From a virus (taxonomy: Duplodnaviria > Caudoviricetes), in the IMG/VR virus record IMGVR_UViG_3300044699_000026, positions 1-55,215 of that record: 55,215 nt of DNA; one strand, given 5' to 3'. Positions 1 through 10,185 of the stretch are shown one piece after another. Made by a program: the position numbers and the translations under genes. The first letter of the stretch is position 1. Every line of letters starts with the position of its first letter. A model generated the notes under the pieces. That model made no database searches. It was given only the letters and a program-made list of their open reading frames with translations, and was not told where the DNA came from.

Positions 1-297
1 ACATTCCGAGCTGTACGACCCTGGGATACGCCAGCCATAGGGCCGCGGCGGCGTGCTTGTTTGCTTGCGGCGGCGTGAAGTAGGCTTCTGCTTGGTGAGC
101 GCCGGCCGCGCGGAGGGTTCGCCTAGTGCCGGGTGGGGTCCGGCCAATAACAACCCCCACGAAGCCCCGGTTCGCCGGGGCTTCGGACGTTAGCGGCATG
201 TCTGGCGTGACAAAAGTTGAGTGGCCAACTATGTTGTGGATGATCGGCGAGGTTTCGGCCCCGTCGATTTTCGACTTTCCTGACATAGGAGCCCCTG

Positions 298-744
298 ATG
301 GCCTCACCAATTCCGAAGGACCCGTCCGTGCGCGCCAGGCGCAATAAGGACACGGTCATTCCCACTAAGATCAAGTTCGTTCGCGGCCGGCAGCCCCGGT
401 TGCCGAGTGGTTACGACTGGCATCCGCAGACCAGGATTTGGTGGAGGACGTGGGCTACCTCGCCGTTGGCTGAGCACCTCATGGCTGTCGATTGGCAGGT
501 TCTCCTGAGCGCGGCCCTGCTGCACTCTCAGGTCTGGTCGAGTCAGGACTTCCGGCTGATTCCGATCGTCAACAAGATGGAGAAGGACTTCGGCGCCACG
601 TTCAGTGCGCGTCTCCAGCTCCGGATCCAGGCGCAGGAAGCCGATAAGGCCGAGACCCAGGGCGAGCGTCGTCGGGCTACTAGCGGGATGGTCCAGCCGA
701 AGGCAGAGAACGATCCTCGTGCCGTGCTCAGCATTGTGAGCTGA
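298..744 (+). CDS. terS: terminase small subunit
   Basis: 148 aa, N-terminal PxPKDPSxRARRNK typical of actinophage small terminases; AGGAG RBS; directly upstream of large terminase. Confidence 0.85.
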   Translation: MASPIPKDPSVRARRNKDTVIPTKIKFVRGRQPRLPSGYDWHPQTRIWWRTWATSPLAEHLMAVDWQVLLSAALLHSQVWSSQDFRLIPIVNKMEKDFGATFSARLQLRIQAQEADKAETQGERRRATSGMVQPKAENDPRAVLSIVS

Positions 745-751
745 GGTCTCG

Positions 752-2386
752 ATGGGGACGCTCATCGTCCCCCAGATGCAGCCAGGGGAGCTGTGGCCCA
801 CACTCGGGCCGCATATCTGCGACCTGATCGAAGAGCGGGCCGTGTTCGGCCCAGGCTCGCTGCGGGGGCTACCGGCCAAGCTTGACGACGAGAAGCGCGC
901 CATCATCTACCGGGCCTACGAGGTCTATCCGAAAGGCCACGAGCTCGCAGGGCGGCGCCGTTTCCAGAGGGTCGGCATCTCGGTACGGAAAGGCACGGCC
1001 AAGACCGAGCTTCTCGGTTGGATCACCTTCGTGGAGCTCCATCCCGAAGGTCCGGTGCGTTGCGACGGCTTCGACAGGCGTGGGAATCCAATCGGCCGGC
1101 CGGTTCGCGACCCTTACATTCCGATGCTGGCCTATTCCGAGGAACAGGTCACCGAGCTGGCCTATCAGGTTCTCTACACGGTGGTTACCGAGGGGCCGGA
1201 CGCCCAGCTTTTCGATGCCCAGAAGGAAAAGATCCACCGGCTTTCGCCGACCGGCAAGAGCGCCGGGGTAGCCCTTCCGTTGTCCAACTCGCCGAATGCA
1301 CGTGATGGCGCGCGGACCACGTTCCAATGCTTTGACGAGCCGCACCGGATGTACCTTCCCAAACAACGGGCAGCGCACGAGACGATGCTCGCGAACATGC
1401 CCAAGCGGCCCCTCGAAGATCCGTGGGCCATGTATGCATCGACCGCGGGTGAGCCTGGCCAGAACTCGATCCAGGAAGATCTCCACAAGGAGGCCGAGAA
1501 GATCAAGTCCGGGGAGATCACCGATCCTCAGTTGTTCTTCTTCCACCGCGAGGCCGCCGCTGGTCACGACATGACCACGCTCGAAGGCCGGGTCGCGGCC
1601 ATCGCCGAGGCCACGGGTCCGGTCGGTGAATATGCCCCAGGTCAGTTCCGCTCCATCGCGTTGCAATGGGACCGACCCGGCGCCGACGCCGAATACCTGG
1701 AGCGGGTCTGGACCAATCGCTGGATTCGCAGCCAGCGTCAAGCCTTTGACATCAAGCTCTGGCAGGGTCTTGCCGTCCAGGATGAGATTCCGGCCGGAGC
1801 CTTCGTCGCGGCCGGTTTCGACGGCGCACGGTTCCAGGACTCGACGGCCATCGTCATCACCGACATCAAGACCGGCTGCCAGCAGCTCTATGCACTGTGG
1901 GAACGTCCCCTTGACGTCGAGGACTGGGAAGTCCCCGAGACCGAGGTCACCGCGGCCGTCCACATGCTGGCCGCGCGGTACAAGCTCCACAAGCTCTACG
2001 CCGACCCGCCGCACTGGACGGAAACCGTTGGGTCATGGGAGGCCAGCCTTCCGGGTCAGGTCGAGGAATGGTGGACCAATCGGCCTGCCTACATGGCCAA
2101 GGCGATCCGCGCCTACCGTGAGGCGATGTCATCCGGTGCCGTCACGCACGTGAACCGAGGCATCGAGCTCGACAAGAGCTTCGACGACCATATCGCCGCC
2201 GCTGGCCGGCACAACATCAACATGTGGCTCGACGGCGAGCAGCTGTTCCTGCTCAACAAGATCCACCTGGACCGCAAATACGACGCCGCAGTGGCAGGGA
2301 TACTGTCTTGGGCGGCCTACCTTGATGCGGTGAAGACCGGAGCCGAAGCCCCGGAGGATTCATACATTCCTGTCCGCATCAGGTAA
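752..2386 (+). CDS. terL: terminase large subunit
   Basis: 544 aa; Walker A-like VRKGTAKTE, Walker B FQCFDEPH, motif III ASTAG, nuclease GFDGARFQDSTA and C-terminal KYDAAVA. Confidence 0.95.
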   Translation: MGTLIVPQMQPGELWPTLGPHICDLIEERAVFGPGSLRGLPAKLDDEKRAIIYRAYEVYPKGHELAGRRRFQRVGISVRKGTAKTELLGWITFVELHPEGPVRCDGFDRRGNPIGRPVRDPYIPMLAYSEEQVTELAYQVLYTVVTEGPDAQLFDAQKEKIHRLSPTGKSAGVALPLSNSPNARDGARTTFQCFDEPHRMYLPKQRAAHETMLANMPKRPLEDPWAMYASTAGEPGQNSIQEDLHKEAEKIKSGEITDPQLFFFHREAAAGHDMTTLEGRVAAIAEATGPVGEYAPGQFRSIALQWDRPGADAEYLERVWTNRWIRSQRQAFDIKLWQGLAVQDEIPAGAFVAAGFDGARFQDSTAIVITDIKTGCQQLYALWERPLDVEDWEVPETEVTAAVHMLAARYKLHKLYADPPHWTETVGSWEASLPGQVEEWWTNRPAYMAKAIRAYREAMSSGAVTHVNRGIELDKSFDDHIAAAGRHNINMWLDGEQLFLLNKIHLDRKYDAAVAGILSWAAYLDAVKTGAEAPEDSYIPVRIR

Positions 2387-2401
2387 GGCCATGGAGGCTC
2401 A

Positions 2402-4012
2402 GTGCCCATCGAAGTCGATGTTCCCCTGAGCGACGGCTGGTGGGTTCAGCGACTGGCGCTGAGGCTTGAAGCGCAGCGCAAGCGCGCCGAGGCCCTCCAC
2501 GAGCGGTACGTGGGCAAGCCGCCCCTGCCGATCGTGAACGACAACATGCGTAGGGCCGTCGAGCTCTTCCTTCGCAAGGCGGGCACGAACTGGGAGCGGT
2601 TGATCATCGGGGCACGCCTTCCGCGTCTTCAGATCACCGGTCTGCGCACTCCGCAGGAGCCCGACAGTGAAGGCGACCAGGCCGCTTTCGCGCGATGGGT
2701 CCAGGCCGGCATGAAGCTGGTCGTTTACGACACGCACAAGAACTCGTTCACCATGGGCTCGGGCTACGTCATCTCGGGCAAGGACCCAGACACGGGCAAG
2801 CTCCTAGTGACGGCCGAGGACCCGCGCAACACCATCGTGGAGCTCGATCCGGCGACCAAGAAGGTTGTCGCCGGGCTGAAGATGATCCGCGACAGCGTGA
2901 AAAGCGAAGACGTGGCCTATCTCTACATGCCGGGTCGCGTGCGTGTCGCGGTGATCGAGAACCCGCAGCTGACACAGCCGGTTCCCGCCGTCAACACGCC
3001 GCCGTTCTACAAGCTCCAGGGGTCGTTCAACGGCCAGGCTTGGGACTGGGATGAAGCTCGCTCGGGCAGCATCCCCGGTCTCGACGGTCGGGTCTGCGTG
3101 ACGCCGTTCGAGAACGAAGACGGCATGGCTGAGTTCGAGCCGCACATTCCGCTCATGGACCGGATCATCCAGCAGATCCTTCAGCGGATGACCGTCATCA
3201 CGTTCCAGGCGTTCAAGCAGCGCGCCGTCAAGGGCCTGCCCAAGGTAGACCCGCAGACCGGCATGGACATCGACTACAGCGACGTATTCTCGGCCGAGCC
3301 GAATGCGATCTGGCAGGTGCCAGCCAGTGCTGACTTCTGGGAGTCGGCCAATGTCGACATCCAGCCGATCCTCATGTCCATCCGAGACGACGTTCGAGAC
3401 CTGGCCGCAGTCTCGGCCACTCCGCTCTACTCGATCACGCCGGACGCGACGAATGGTTCGGCCGAGGGTGCTTCTCTTCAGCGGGAGATGCTCACGTTCT
3501 CCTGCGAAGGGCACCGTGACCGGTTCACGCCGCGGTGGGCCGAGGTCGCCGAGCACATCGCATTGCTGTCCGACGACGACAATCCGGCCACTCAGCCGAT
3601 CTGGGCTCCGGTGGAACGGCTCAGCCTTGCCGAACGAGGATCAGCCGCTTCGCAGCTTCGGAACATCGTTCCGGTGGAGACGATCTGGACCGAGATCATG
3701 GACTTCCCGCCGTCGATGGTTCCCGCGCTCAAGACCCAGCGGGCCGATGACATGGTTCTTCAGGTCCAGTTGGCCGCAGCCCAGGCCCAGGCCACGACGG
3801 CAGCCACCATCGCCGGTTCCCAGCCGCCGCCCGGCACTCCGCAGGACAACCAGGGCGGCAGTGCTACGGTCAAGGACCCGATAACAGGGAAGGCTCTTCC
3901 TATCGCTCCACCTAAGGCCAACAACGCCACCGATGGTGACCAGACCACGACCTTCGTTCCGGGCTACTATCGTGCGCCGAAGAAGTCGTCCGCTGTAGCA
4001 GCCACGAAGTAA
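2402..4012 (+). CDS. portal protein (SPP1 gp6-like)
   Basis: 536 aa after terL; motifs NWERLII, EFEPHIPLMDRI, FQAFKQRAVKG, NGSAEGA; low-complexity Pro/Gln/Thr C-terminal tail. Confidence 0.9.
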   Translation: MPIEVDVPLSDGWWVQRLALRLEAQRKRAEALHERYVGKPPLPIVNDNMRRAVELFLRKAGTNWERLIIGARLPRLQITGLRTPQEPDSEGDQAAFARWVQAGMKLVVYDTHKNSFTMGSGYVISGKDPDTGKLLVTAEDPRNTIVELDPATKKVVAGLKMIRDSVKSEDVAYLYMPGRVRVAVIENPQLTQPVPAVNTPPFYKLQGSFNGQAWDWDEARSGSIPGLDGRVCVTPFENEDGMAEFEPHIPLMDRIIQQILQRMTVITFQAFKQRAVKGLPKVDPQTGMDIDYSDVFSAEPNAIWQVPASADFWESANVDIQPILMSIRDDVRDLAAVSATPLYSITPDATNGSAEGASLQREMLTFSCEGHRDRFTPRWAEVAEHIALLSDDDNPATQPIWAPVERLSLAERGSAASQLRNIVPVETIWTEIMDFPPSMVPALKTQRADDMVLQVQLAAAQAQATTAATIAGSQPPPGTPQDNQGGSATVKDPITGKALPIAPPKANNATDGDQTTTFVPGYYRAPKKSSAVAATK

Positions 4013-4023
4013 AGGGAGAGCTT

Positions 4024-4533
4024 GTGGACGTAGAAGTCCGAGAATCCGCCCTTGATCACGCTGAAGACTGGTTGGGGACCCAGACTCCGCGGCCTTCGAT
4101 CAGCGAGCTTCTGAATGCGGCCGACGAGGTCTCGATCTACCTGGCGGGCAGTTCGCTCAGGGTGATCCAGATTCGCGTCGGTCTTGTTCGCGAACAGGCA
4201 GACGGCACCCCCTCAACAGATCAACCGGAAGGAAGCACCATGCAGCTCCGAGACACCCAGCAGGTCACCTACACTCTCGCCGGCAAGGACGCCAAGGGCT
4301 TCGACGTGGATGGCGAGCAGTTCTCTGCCGCGTCCTCGGACGAGACCGTTGTGACCGTCACTCAGGACGGCGACACATTCACCGCGGTAGCCGGTAACCC
4401 CGGTTCGGCGGTCATCACCTTCTCCGAGGCCGTGTCCGGTCTCAACGCCACCGAGGCCATCGATGTGGTGCCGGGAAACCTCGCCACGATCGACGTGGTG
4501 GCCGGCGACGTCACCGAGCAGCCCACTCCGTAG
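4024..4533 (+). CDS. hypothetical virion-associated protein with C-terminal Ig-like domain
   Basis: C-terminal half (SSDETVVTV...TAVAGNPGSAVIT) resembles a Big_2 Ig-like fold; internal RBS and ATG at 4240. Confidence 0.55.
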   Translation: MDVEVRESALDHAEDWLGTQTPRPSISELLNAADEVSIYLAGSSLRVIQIRVGLVREQADGTPSTDQPEGSTMQLRDTQQVTYTLAGKDAKGFDVDGEQFSAASSDETVVTVTQDGDTFTAVAGNPGSAVITFSEAVSGLNATEAIDVVPGNLATIDVVAGDVTEQPTP

Positions 4534-4538
4534 CCCTG

Positions 4539-4610
4539 ATGGTTCTCGGCGTTCTCGTCGTCGTGATCATCATGGCCCTGCTCGTCTATGTCGATCGGAA
4601 GGTGCCGTGA
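4539..4610 (+). CDS. micro membrane peptide (23 aa)
   Basis: MVLGVLVVVIIMALLVYVDRKVP; stop overlaps the next GTG start (GTGA). Confidence 0.45.
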   Translation: MVLGVLVVVIIMALLVYVDRKVP

Positions 4611-4729
4611 CCATCAACGGATACCACTGGTTGGCTCCGCTCGGCGTCGGCATGGTGCTTGCCATGTTCTGCGTCTACTGCGCTCTAGTTGCGCTGACCG
4701 AGCGGTACAACCGTCGAGGAGAGGGCTAG
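4607..4729 (+). CDS. small membrane protein (40 aa)
   Basis: One hydrophobic helix LAPLGVGMVLAMFCVYCALVAL; GGAAGG RBS; translationally coupled start. Confidence 0.55.
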   Translation: MTINGYHWLAPLGVGMVLAMFCVYCALVALTERYNRRGEG

Positions 4730-4732
4730 ATC

Positions 4733-4915
4733 ATGTGGCGGTTCGTCTGCTTGGTGATCGCTGCGATCTGCATGGTCTTCGCGGCGTGTTCCGGCGTCGT
4801 CTGGCACCTTGGTGACTCCGACGTCAACCTGTACTACTTGTCGCTGTTCTTCGTGATCCTGGCCTTCATCCCGCCGTGGCCATTCCCGAAGATCGCGCAG
4901 CGCAACTCGCGGTAA
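4733..4915 (+). CDS. small two-TM membrane protein (60 aa)
   Basis: Two hydrophobic segments; GGAGAGG RBS. Confidence 0.6.
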   Translation: MWRFVCLVIAAICMVFAACSGVVWHLGDSDVNLYYLSLFFVILAFIPPWPFPKIAQRNSR

Positions 4916-5955
4916 TCCTGGAAGGTCAAGGCGCTGCCATGCGGCGCCTGACCAACCAGGCAGAGCTCATCGCCCTGGCGGACACCAGGAACTTCACCCA
5001 GTGGAACAATCCGACTGCTCGGGCTCGATGGGCGGACGGATTGGCCAAGGGCATTCAGGCCGTCCAGCGACAAGCCGCGGCAGTGACCAACGCTTACCTC
5101 CAGCGGGCCTCCACGCTCAGTTTGGGCAGGGCGCCGGCAGTCGTGGCGATCGTGGACATCACGGCGCTCCGACTTGGCATCGACCTGGCCGACGTCTACC
5201 AGCGCGTCGGTGCCGCGTTCCGGTTCGGGACGTGGCGGCTGGAAGGGTTCGACGCTCGGGCAGCCATGCGGGCGGATCAAGAGGTTTCCCAGCTTCTTGC
5301 TCCTGTCGAAAGCGCATTGTTCGACGGGGTGACTACTCGCCGGCCGATCAGCGCCACAGATGCCGCACTCGATCGAGCCGCATCCCTTGCGCGGACAGAC
5401 GTCGCACTGGCTGCCCGAGCCCAGGCTCACCAGTTCATGACCAAGGTGAAGCCGTCGCCGACAGGTTGGCGCCGCATGATTCATCCGGAGCTTTCGGCCG
5501 GAGGAACGTGCGGGCTGTGCGTCGCCGTGGCCGATCGGGTTTACCAGAAGTCGGACCTCATGCCGCTTCACGACCGTTGCCATTGCCTTCCGGTGCCGGT
5601 CTACGAGGGTGACGATCATGTCGACACCATCACTCGGGCCGACCTTCAGCGGATCTACAGCGATGCCGGCGGCAATACCGGAGCCCTGCTGAAGGGGGTC
5701 CGGTATGAGATCAACCAGCATGGCGAGCTCGGCCCGGTGCTCACCAAGCGTAAGGACAAGTTCCGCAATAAGCGTGACGTGCGCAACGATCAGGCCGTCG
5801 ACAAGACGGCCACTCGCCAAGCCCTCGCGCTGATGGAGAAGACGCTGCCCGATCTTCAGCAGCGTGCCCAAAGTGATCCCGGCCTGGCTGGTCTGCTCAC
5901 GTGGACCGAGGACCGGATCACCTCACTGCGTTCCGACCTGGAACGTGTCGCTTAG
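4876..5955 (+). CDS. MuF-like minor head / capsid maturation protein
   Basis: GWRRMIHPELSAGGTCGLC...LMPLHDRCHC Cys/His motif typical of actinophage MuF-like proteins; lies between portal and scaffold. Confidence 0.8.
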   Translation: MAIPEDRAAQLAVILEGQGAAMRRLTNQAELIALADTRNFTQWNNPTARARWADGLAKGIQAVQRQAAAVTNAYLQRASTLSLGRAPAVVAIVDITALRLGIDLADVYQRVGAAFRFGTWRLEGFDARAAMRADQEVSQLLAPVESALFDGVTTRRPISATDAALDRAASLARTDVALAARAQAHQFMTKVKPSPTGWRRMIHPELSAGGTCGLCVAVADRVYQKSDLMPLHDRCHCLPVPVYEGDDHVDTITRADLQRIYSDAGGNTGALLKGVRYEINQHGELGPVLTKRKDKFRNKRDVRNDQAVDKTATRQALALMEKTLPDLQQRAQSDPGLAGLLTWTEDRITSLRSDLERVA

Positions 5956-5999
5956 TCAGCACCCGCCATGGGTGAACCATCCTGCCAAGGGAGAAATGC

Positions 6000-6707
6000 A
6001 TGTCTATGCCCGTAGGCGTTCCCGCGCCCGTCGTGACCACGCCCGATCCGACCGTGACCGTTACGACTTCGACGCCAATGGCTCCAGCCGCGCCGACCGG
6101 AACGCCGGCTGCGCCGCAGCAGAACGGCCAGACCCCGCCGAAGACTGAAGACAAGGGGTTCCCCGACAACACCAAGGTCGAGGACATGACCGTCGAGCAG
6201 CAGGCGGCGTACTGGAAGTACCACTCTCGTAAGCACGAGAGCCGCGTGTCGGCCCTCGGGAACCTCACCCCCGAGGACGTCCAGGCCCTTCGTGACAAGG
6301 CCGCGCAGTTCGACGCCGCCGAAGCCGAGAAGGGCACCGACATGGAGAAGGCCGTTCGCTCGGCTTACGAGCAGGCGGAAAAAGCTGTACTGGCCAAGAT
6401 TCAGCCGCAGCTGGTCACGGCAGAGTTCCGTGCCGCCGCGGTCGGACGCATCGACAACGATCGACTGGCGTCCATCCTCGAACCGTTGGATCTCGCAAAG
6501 TTCCTTGCCGCCGATGGTTCGGTCGACACCGCCAAGGTGTCCTCGTACGTCAACGGAATTGCGCCCGCCATGGGAAGTTCCACCGCGCAACCCCCGTTCC
6601 CGTCCTTGGGTCAGGGGCAGCACACTGCACCGCCGACCGTGCCTGGCGCCGCCGGAGCCGCGGCGGCAGCGAAGCGGTTCGGCAAGCCCGCTTCACCCAC
6701 CACCTGA
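6000..6707 (+). CDS. scaffolding protein
   Basis: GFPDNT...EQQAAYWKYHSRKHE motif, coiled-coil, position before capsid genes. Confidence 0.85.
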   Translation: MSMPVGVPAPVVTTPDPTVTVTTSTPMAPAAPTGTPAAPQQNGQTPPKTEDKGFPDNTKVEDMTVEQQAAYWKYHSRKHESRVSALGNLTPEDVQALRDKAAQFDAAEAEKGTDMEKAVRSAYEQAEKAVLAKIQPQLVTAEFRAAAVGRIDNDRLASILEPLDLAKFLAADGSVDTAKVSSYVNGIAPAMGSSTAQPPFPSLGQGQHTAPPTVPGAAGAAAAAKRFGKPASPTT

Positions 6708-6729
6708 CCCACAGAAAGGAAACCCGTCG

Positions 6730-7170
6730 ATGACCACGTTCGGTCTTCAGACTGTCTCCTACTCGACCTCCAGCCGGACGTGGCTCGCCAGCGATCACGG
6801 CACGGAGATCATGCCAGGAGTCCCGCTCGACCTGACCGGGTTCAACTCGGCGCAGATGTACCCCAACGGCTACATCGCGTCCGGTGTCGTGCTCGGCAAG
6901 GTCACGTCCTCGGGCAAGTACGTTCCGTACCTGGACTCGCTCACCAACGGCACTCAGACCGCGGTGGGCATCATGTTCAACGACGTGCAGGTGTACGTGC
7001 CGGGAACCACGACCCTCCAGACGAACGTCACCGTGCCGATCCTTCTGCACGGCTTCGTTTACTCCGGCAACCTTCCCTACACGTCCAGCAATGCCGCGTT
7101 GGGTGGCTATCTCGATGCCAATGCCCAGACGGACCTGAAGAACATCGTCTTCTGGTCCACTGCTCCGTAA
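6730..7170 (+). CDS. head decoration protein
   Basis: WLASDHG...YPNGYIASGVVLGK...KYVPY; GAAAGGA RBS before ATG 6730. Confidence 0.75.
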   Translation: MTTFGLQTVSYSTSSRTWLASDHGTEIMPGVPLDLTGFNSAQMYPNGYIASGVVLGKVTSSGKYVPYLDSLTNGTQTAVGIMFNDVQVYVPGTTTLQTNVTVPILLHGFVYSGNLPYTSSNAALGGYLDANAQTDLKNIVFWSTAP

Positions 7171-7203
7171 CCGACCGGCCAACTCAGAAAGGATCAACTT
7201 CCC

Positions 7204-8244
7204 ATGGCAATCATCTTCGATGGGCCGGTCACGCCTCAGGACGCCACCACGTTCGTGCGTCAGGTCCCCACCCCTGCCGATCAGGTGCTCAACCAGATTC
7301 TTCCGGATCGGGTCACCGAGTCGCCCGAGGTGGACTTCAACGTCGTCACGAAGACCGGGAACACCGGTCGGTTCCGTGCGGCCGACGCCCCGGCGCACAT
7401 CAGTCCTCGCGACTCGATGGCCGTCAACCGCGTGCCGCTGCTCAACATGTCGGTGGCCAAGCCGGTCGTCGGCGAGCTGGAGCTCCAGCGGCTCTACAGC
7501 CTCACCTACGGCCAGTCTCCGGCCGCCGCCGCGGCCGAGTCCATCTACGACGACCTCGCGAATGGTGCGCTCGACGCTCGTCGGCGTGCGGAACAGGCTC
7601 GTGGTTCGGTGCTCTCGACCGGAACCCTGGTCATCGCCGAAGGTGGCCTGAACGGCACCATCGACTACGGCGTCCCCGGCGGCAACAAAGTCACCGCCGG
7701 CACCCTGTGGTCGGTCACGGCGACGGTCGACGTCATCACCCAGCTGAACACGTGGCGGGCGACCTATCTCGCACTCAACGGCTACGCGCCGGGCGGGATG
7801 ATCATCTCCACCACGGTGCTGAACTACCTTCAGCAGAACGTGAAGCTCCAGTCGATGGCCGTCCAGACCATCGGCCCGAACCTTCAGGGATTCGCCGGCC
7901 TGATCCCGCGCAACACGATCAACGCCATCCTGGCGACGTACGATCTGCCTCCGATCACCATGGTTTACGACACCAAGGTGAACGTCGACGGGTCGAACAC
8001 CCTGGTGCTCCCGGTGAACCTGGCGATCTTCACCCCGCCGAGCAACATCGAACTGGGCTACACCGCGTGGGGGCCGACCGTCACCGCGCAGAAGCTCCAG
8101 GGCACGCAGGGTCTCGGTGCCGGGCTCGTCGGGTTCGTGGACCGCGGGGATGACTTCCCGTACAAGGAGCAGACCTACGTCGACTCGCTGATGCTCCCGG
8201 TCATCACCAACCCGAACGGCCTGTTCATTGCGACGGTCGCCTGA
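7204..8244 (+). CDS. major capsid protein (lambda gpE-like)
   Basis: 346 aa, strong codon bias, RRRAEQARGSVLSTG and IDYGVP motifs, C-terminal LPVITNPN. Confidence 0.9.
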   Translation: MAIIFDGPVTPQDATTFVRQVPTPADQVLNQILPDRVTESPEVDFNVVTKTGNTGRFRAADAPAHISPRDSMAVNRVPLLNMSVAKPVVGELELQRLYSLTYGQSPAAAAAESIYDDLANGALDARRRAEQARGSVLSTGTLVIAEGGLNGTIDYGVPGGNKVTAGTLWSVTATVDVITQLNTWRATYLALNGYAPGGMIISTTVLNYLQQNVKLQSMAVQTIGPNLQGFAGLIPRNTINAILATYDLPPITMVYDTKVNVDGSNTLVLPVNLAIFTPPSNIELGYTAWGPTVTAQKLQGTQGLGAGLVGFVDRGDDFPYKEQTYVDSLMLPVITNPNGLFIATVA

Positions 8245-8450
8245 TGGCCGGCCGCAAGGTCACGGTGCATGTGGTCGAATCGGCCGCAGGGCACCTTGAC
8301 GAGTACCCGGACGGGCGCGTCGAGCTGTTCCCGGGCGATGTCGCCCCGGACTGGCTTGAGCTCGGTGAGCATGTCTTCGCCAAGCAGGACGACGACAGTT
8401 CGGCCGAGCCAGCTAAGGCTGCGCCGGCTAAGGCTGCCGCCCAGAAGTAA
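8244..8450 (+). CDS. small hypothetical protein following the capsid gene
   Basis: 68 aa, LFPGDVAPDW motif, coupled to capsid stop. Confidence 0.65.
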   Translation: MAGRKVTVHVVESAAGHLDEYPDGRVELFPGDVAPDWLELGEHVFAKQDDDSSAEPAKAAPAKAAAQK

Positions 8451-8480
8451 CCACACCTACATCAGACGGGGGCCGCCATC

Positions 8481-8996
8481 ATGGACCCACTCGCGGAGAT
8501 GACTCCGGACGACCTGGCTGGATTCTGGCGTCCCCTGTCTGATGCAGAGACAACTGTCGCAACCAACCTCATCGATGTGCTGTCCTCGATCATTCGAGGT
8601 CGGCTGCCTTCCATCGACCTGTGGATCACCGAGGGTCTGGTCGACCCGAAGGTGGTCCAGTTCGTGATGAGCACGGTCATCGCGCAGATCATCCAGGTCA
8701 CCAACCGTGCGTCGGCTGCCAAGATGGAGTCCAGGACTCTGGGCAGCTCCACCTACACGGTGTCCTACTACGACACGACCGCAGTCCAGAATCAGGCCAC
8801 AGCTCTTCTCACCCCCGACCTGATCACGCTGCTTGTGCCGCCGTCGTTCATCGTCGACAACAAGCCCGTCTCTTCGATCTACCAGCAGATGCCAATGGCC
8901 GGCAACGAGCTTCGTGGCTGGTATGGCAACCCGGTTCCCACCACTGTTCCTGACGGCATCGGTACCCCCCGGCGTCGCGGGCTGGACCGTCCGTGA
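8481..8996 (+). CDS. head-to-tail adaptor
   Basis: TPDDLAGFWRPLSDAETTVATNLI N-terminus typical of actinophage adaptors; synteny. Confidence 0.75.
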   Translation: MDPLAEMTPDDLAGFWRPLSDAETTVATNLIDVLSSIIRGRLPSIDLWITEGLVDPKVVQFVMSTVIAQIIQVTNRASAAKMESRTLGSSTYTVSYYDTTAVQNQATALLTPDLITLLVPPSFIVDNKPVSSIYQQMPMAGNELRGWYGNPVPTTVPDGIGTPRRRGLDRP

Positions 8997-9316
8997 CCGA
9001 TCCGATCGGGGTCATGATGGTCCACACCGCGTCGGTGCAGACCTACCTTGGGCAAGGTAAGACCAGCAGCGACTTCGCCTCACCGGTCACGGTGGCCTGC
9101 TACGACGAGGACGAGGTCCACCAGACCACGGCATCGACAGGTGAGATCGTGGCGTCCAAGCACCGCCTCTTCGTCAGGCTCGCGGACGGCGCGAAGTTCC
9201 CACCCAAATCGCTGGTCACCGTGAACGGCTACACCGGCCCTGTGATCAGTCAGTCGAGGCGTACCGCCGGCCCGGTCTTCACCATTCTGGAGCACTGCGA
9301 AGTTCACTTGGCCTAG
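8993..9316 (+). CDS. head-to-tail stopper
   Basis: 107 aa beta-rich; HTASVQTYLG...HCEVHL; synteny. Confidence 0.7.
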   Translation: MTDPIGVMMVHTASVQTYLGQGKTSSDFASPVTVACYDEDEVHQTTASTGEIVASKHRLFVRLADGAKFPPKSLVTVNGYTGPVISQSRRTAGPVFTILEHCEVHLA

Positions 9317-9328
9317 AGAGGTGGCGCC

Positions 9329-9706
9329 GTGCCTTCGTCTTTCACCGTGGTCGGCCACTTCGACATCGAGAAGCTGTTTGCCGTGTCGTCGGAAGAGGCG
9401 ATCGCGAAGGCCGGCGAGGACGGTGCACAGGTCATCGGCGACAGCTCCCAGAAGCTCGTCCCGCGTCAGCCCTTCGAGGACTACCGCGGCCAGCCTCACC
9501 TGGCCGACTCCATGCACGTCCGCTACGTCGGCGGTGGTATTGCCGAGGTTCGCTACGCCTCCGTCTACGCCCACTGGGTGCATGAAGGCGTGGAGTTCAA
9601 CCACCCTTACGGTGGTTCCGCCAAGTTCCTGGAGATCCCCACCATTGCCGACAAACGTCGTGTCATCGATGCCTGCGCCGCCGCCTTCAGGCTGTTCCTG
9701 CCATGA
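9329..9706 (+). CDS. neck/tail component (HK97 gp10-like)
   Basis: SQKLVP...LADS...YAHWVHEG...AKFLE motif. Confidence 0.7.
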   Translation: MPSSFTVVGHFDIEKLFAVSSEEAIAKAGEDGAQVIGDSSQKLVPRQPFEDYRGQPHLADSMHVRYVGGGIAEVRYASVYAHWVHEGVEFNHPYGGSAKFLEIPTIADKRRVIDACAAAFRLFLP

Positions 9707-10137
9707 CCTGGACCCCTGACCTTCTCGACGGCATGGCCCAGTCCCTGGCCACCGCCGGTATCGGCACCTACGCTTCCGGTCACTACACGTCGGCTACGGC
9801 CTGCGGGATCACTCTCGGCACCACGGCAGACGAGCCGATCAAGGCCATCGCCCTGTTCGCCTACAGTCCGCTTGACGACTTCGTTCTTGCCGACGTCATG
9901 CAGCCGGTGCAGGTTCGCATCCGGGGCACTCTTGACGCGACCTCGGTCGACACCATCGGAGACGCGATCTTCGACCTGTGGCACGGCGTCACCGGGTTGA
10001 TCTTCAACTCCGTCCATACCGTTTCCATCGCACGCAATTCGGTGCTCCCTCTGGGGCGTGACGATCGCGAGCGGTGGATGGCCTCACACAACTACTACGT
10101 TCACGCAAACCGTCCGACCACTTCTCGGCCGGACTAG
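9703..10137 (+). CDS. tail terminator
   Basis: VQVRIRG and LGRDDRERW...NYY motifs; precedes major tail. Confidence 0.75.
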   Translation: MTWTPDLLDGMAQSLATAGIGTYASGHYTSATACGITLGTTADEPIKAIALFAYSPLDDFVLADVMQPVQVRIRGTLDATSVDTIGDAIFDLWHGVTGLIFNSVHTVSIARNSVLPLGRDDRERWMASHNYYVHANRPTTSRPD

Positions 10138-10185
10138 CAATACCGCCCTGCAATACCCCGCTGCCATGCCCTGAAAGGACCGCTC

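Noticed and set aside
869-2014. Long antisense and alternate-frame ORFs (also 11274-12473, 36179-37402, 6780-8153)
   Set aside because: Shadow ORFs expected from high-GC codon bias over clearly identified genes
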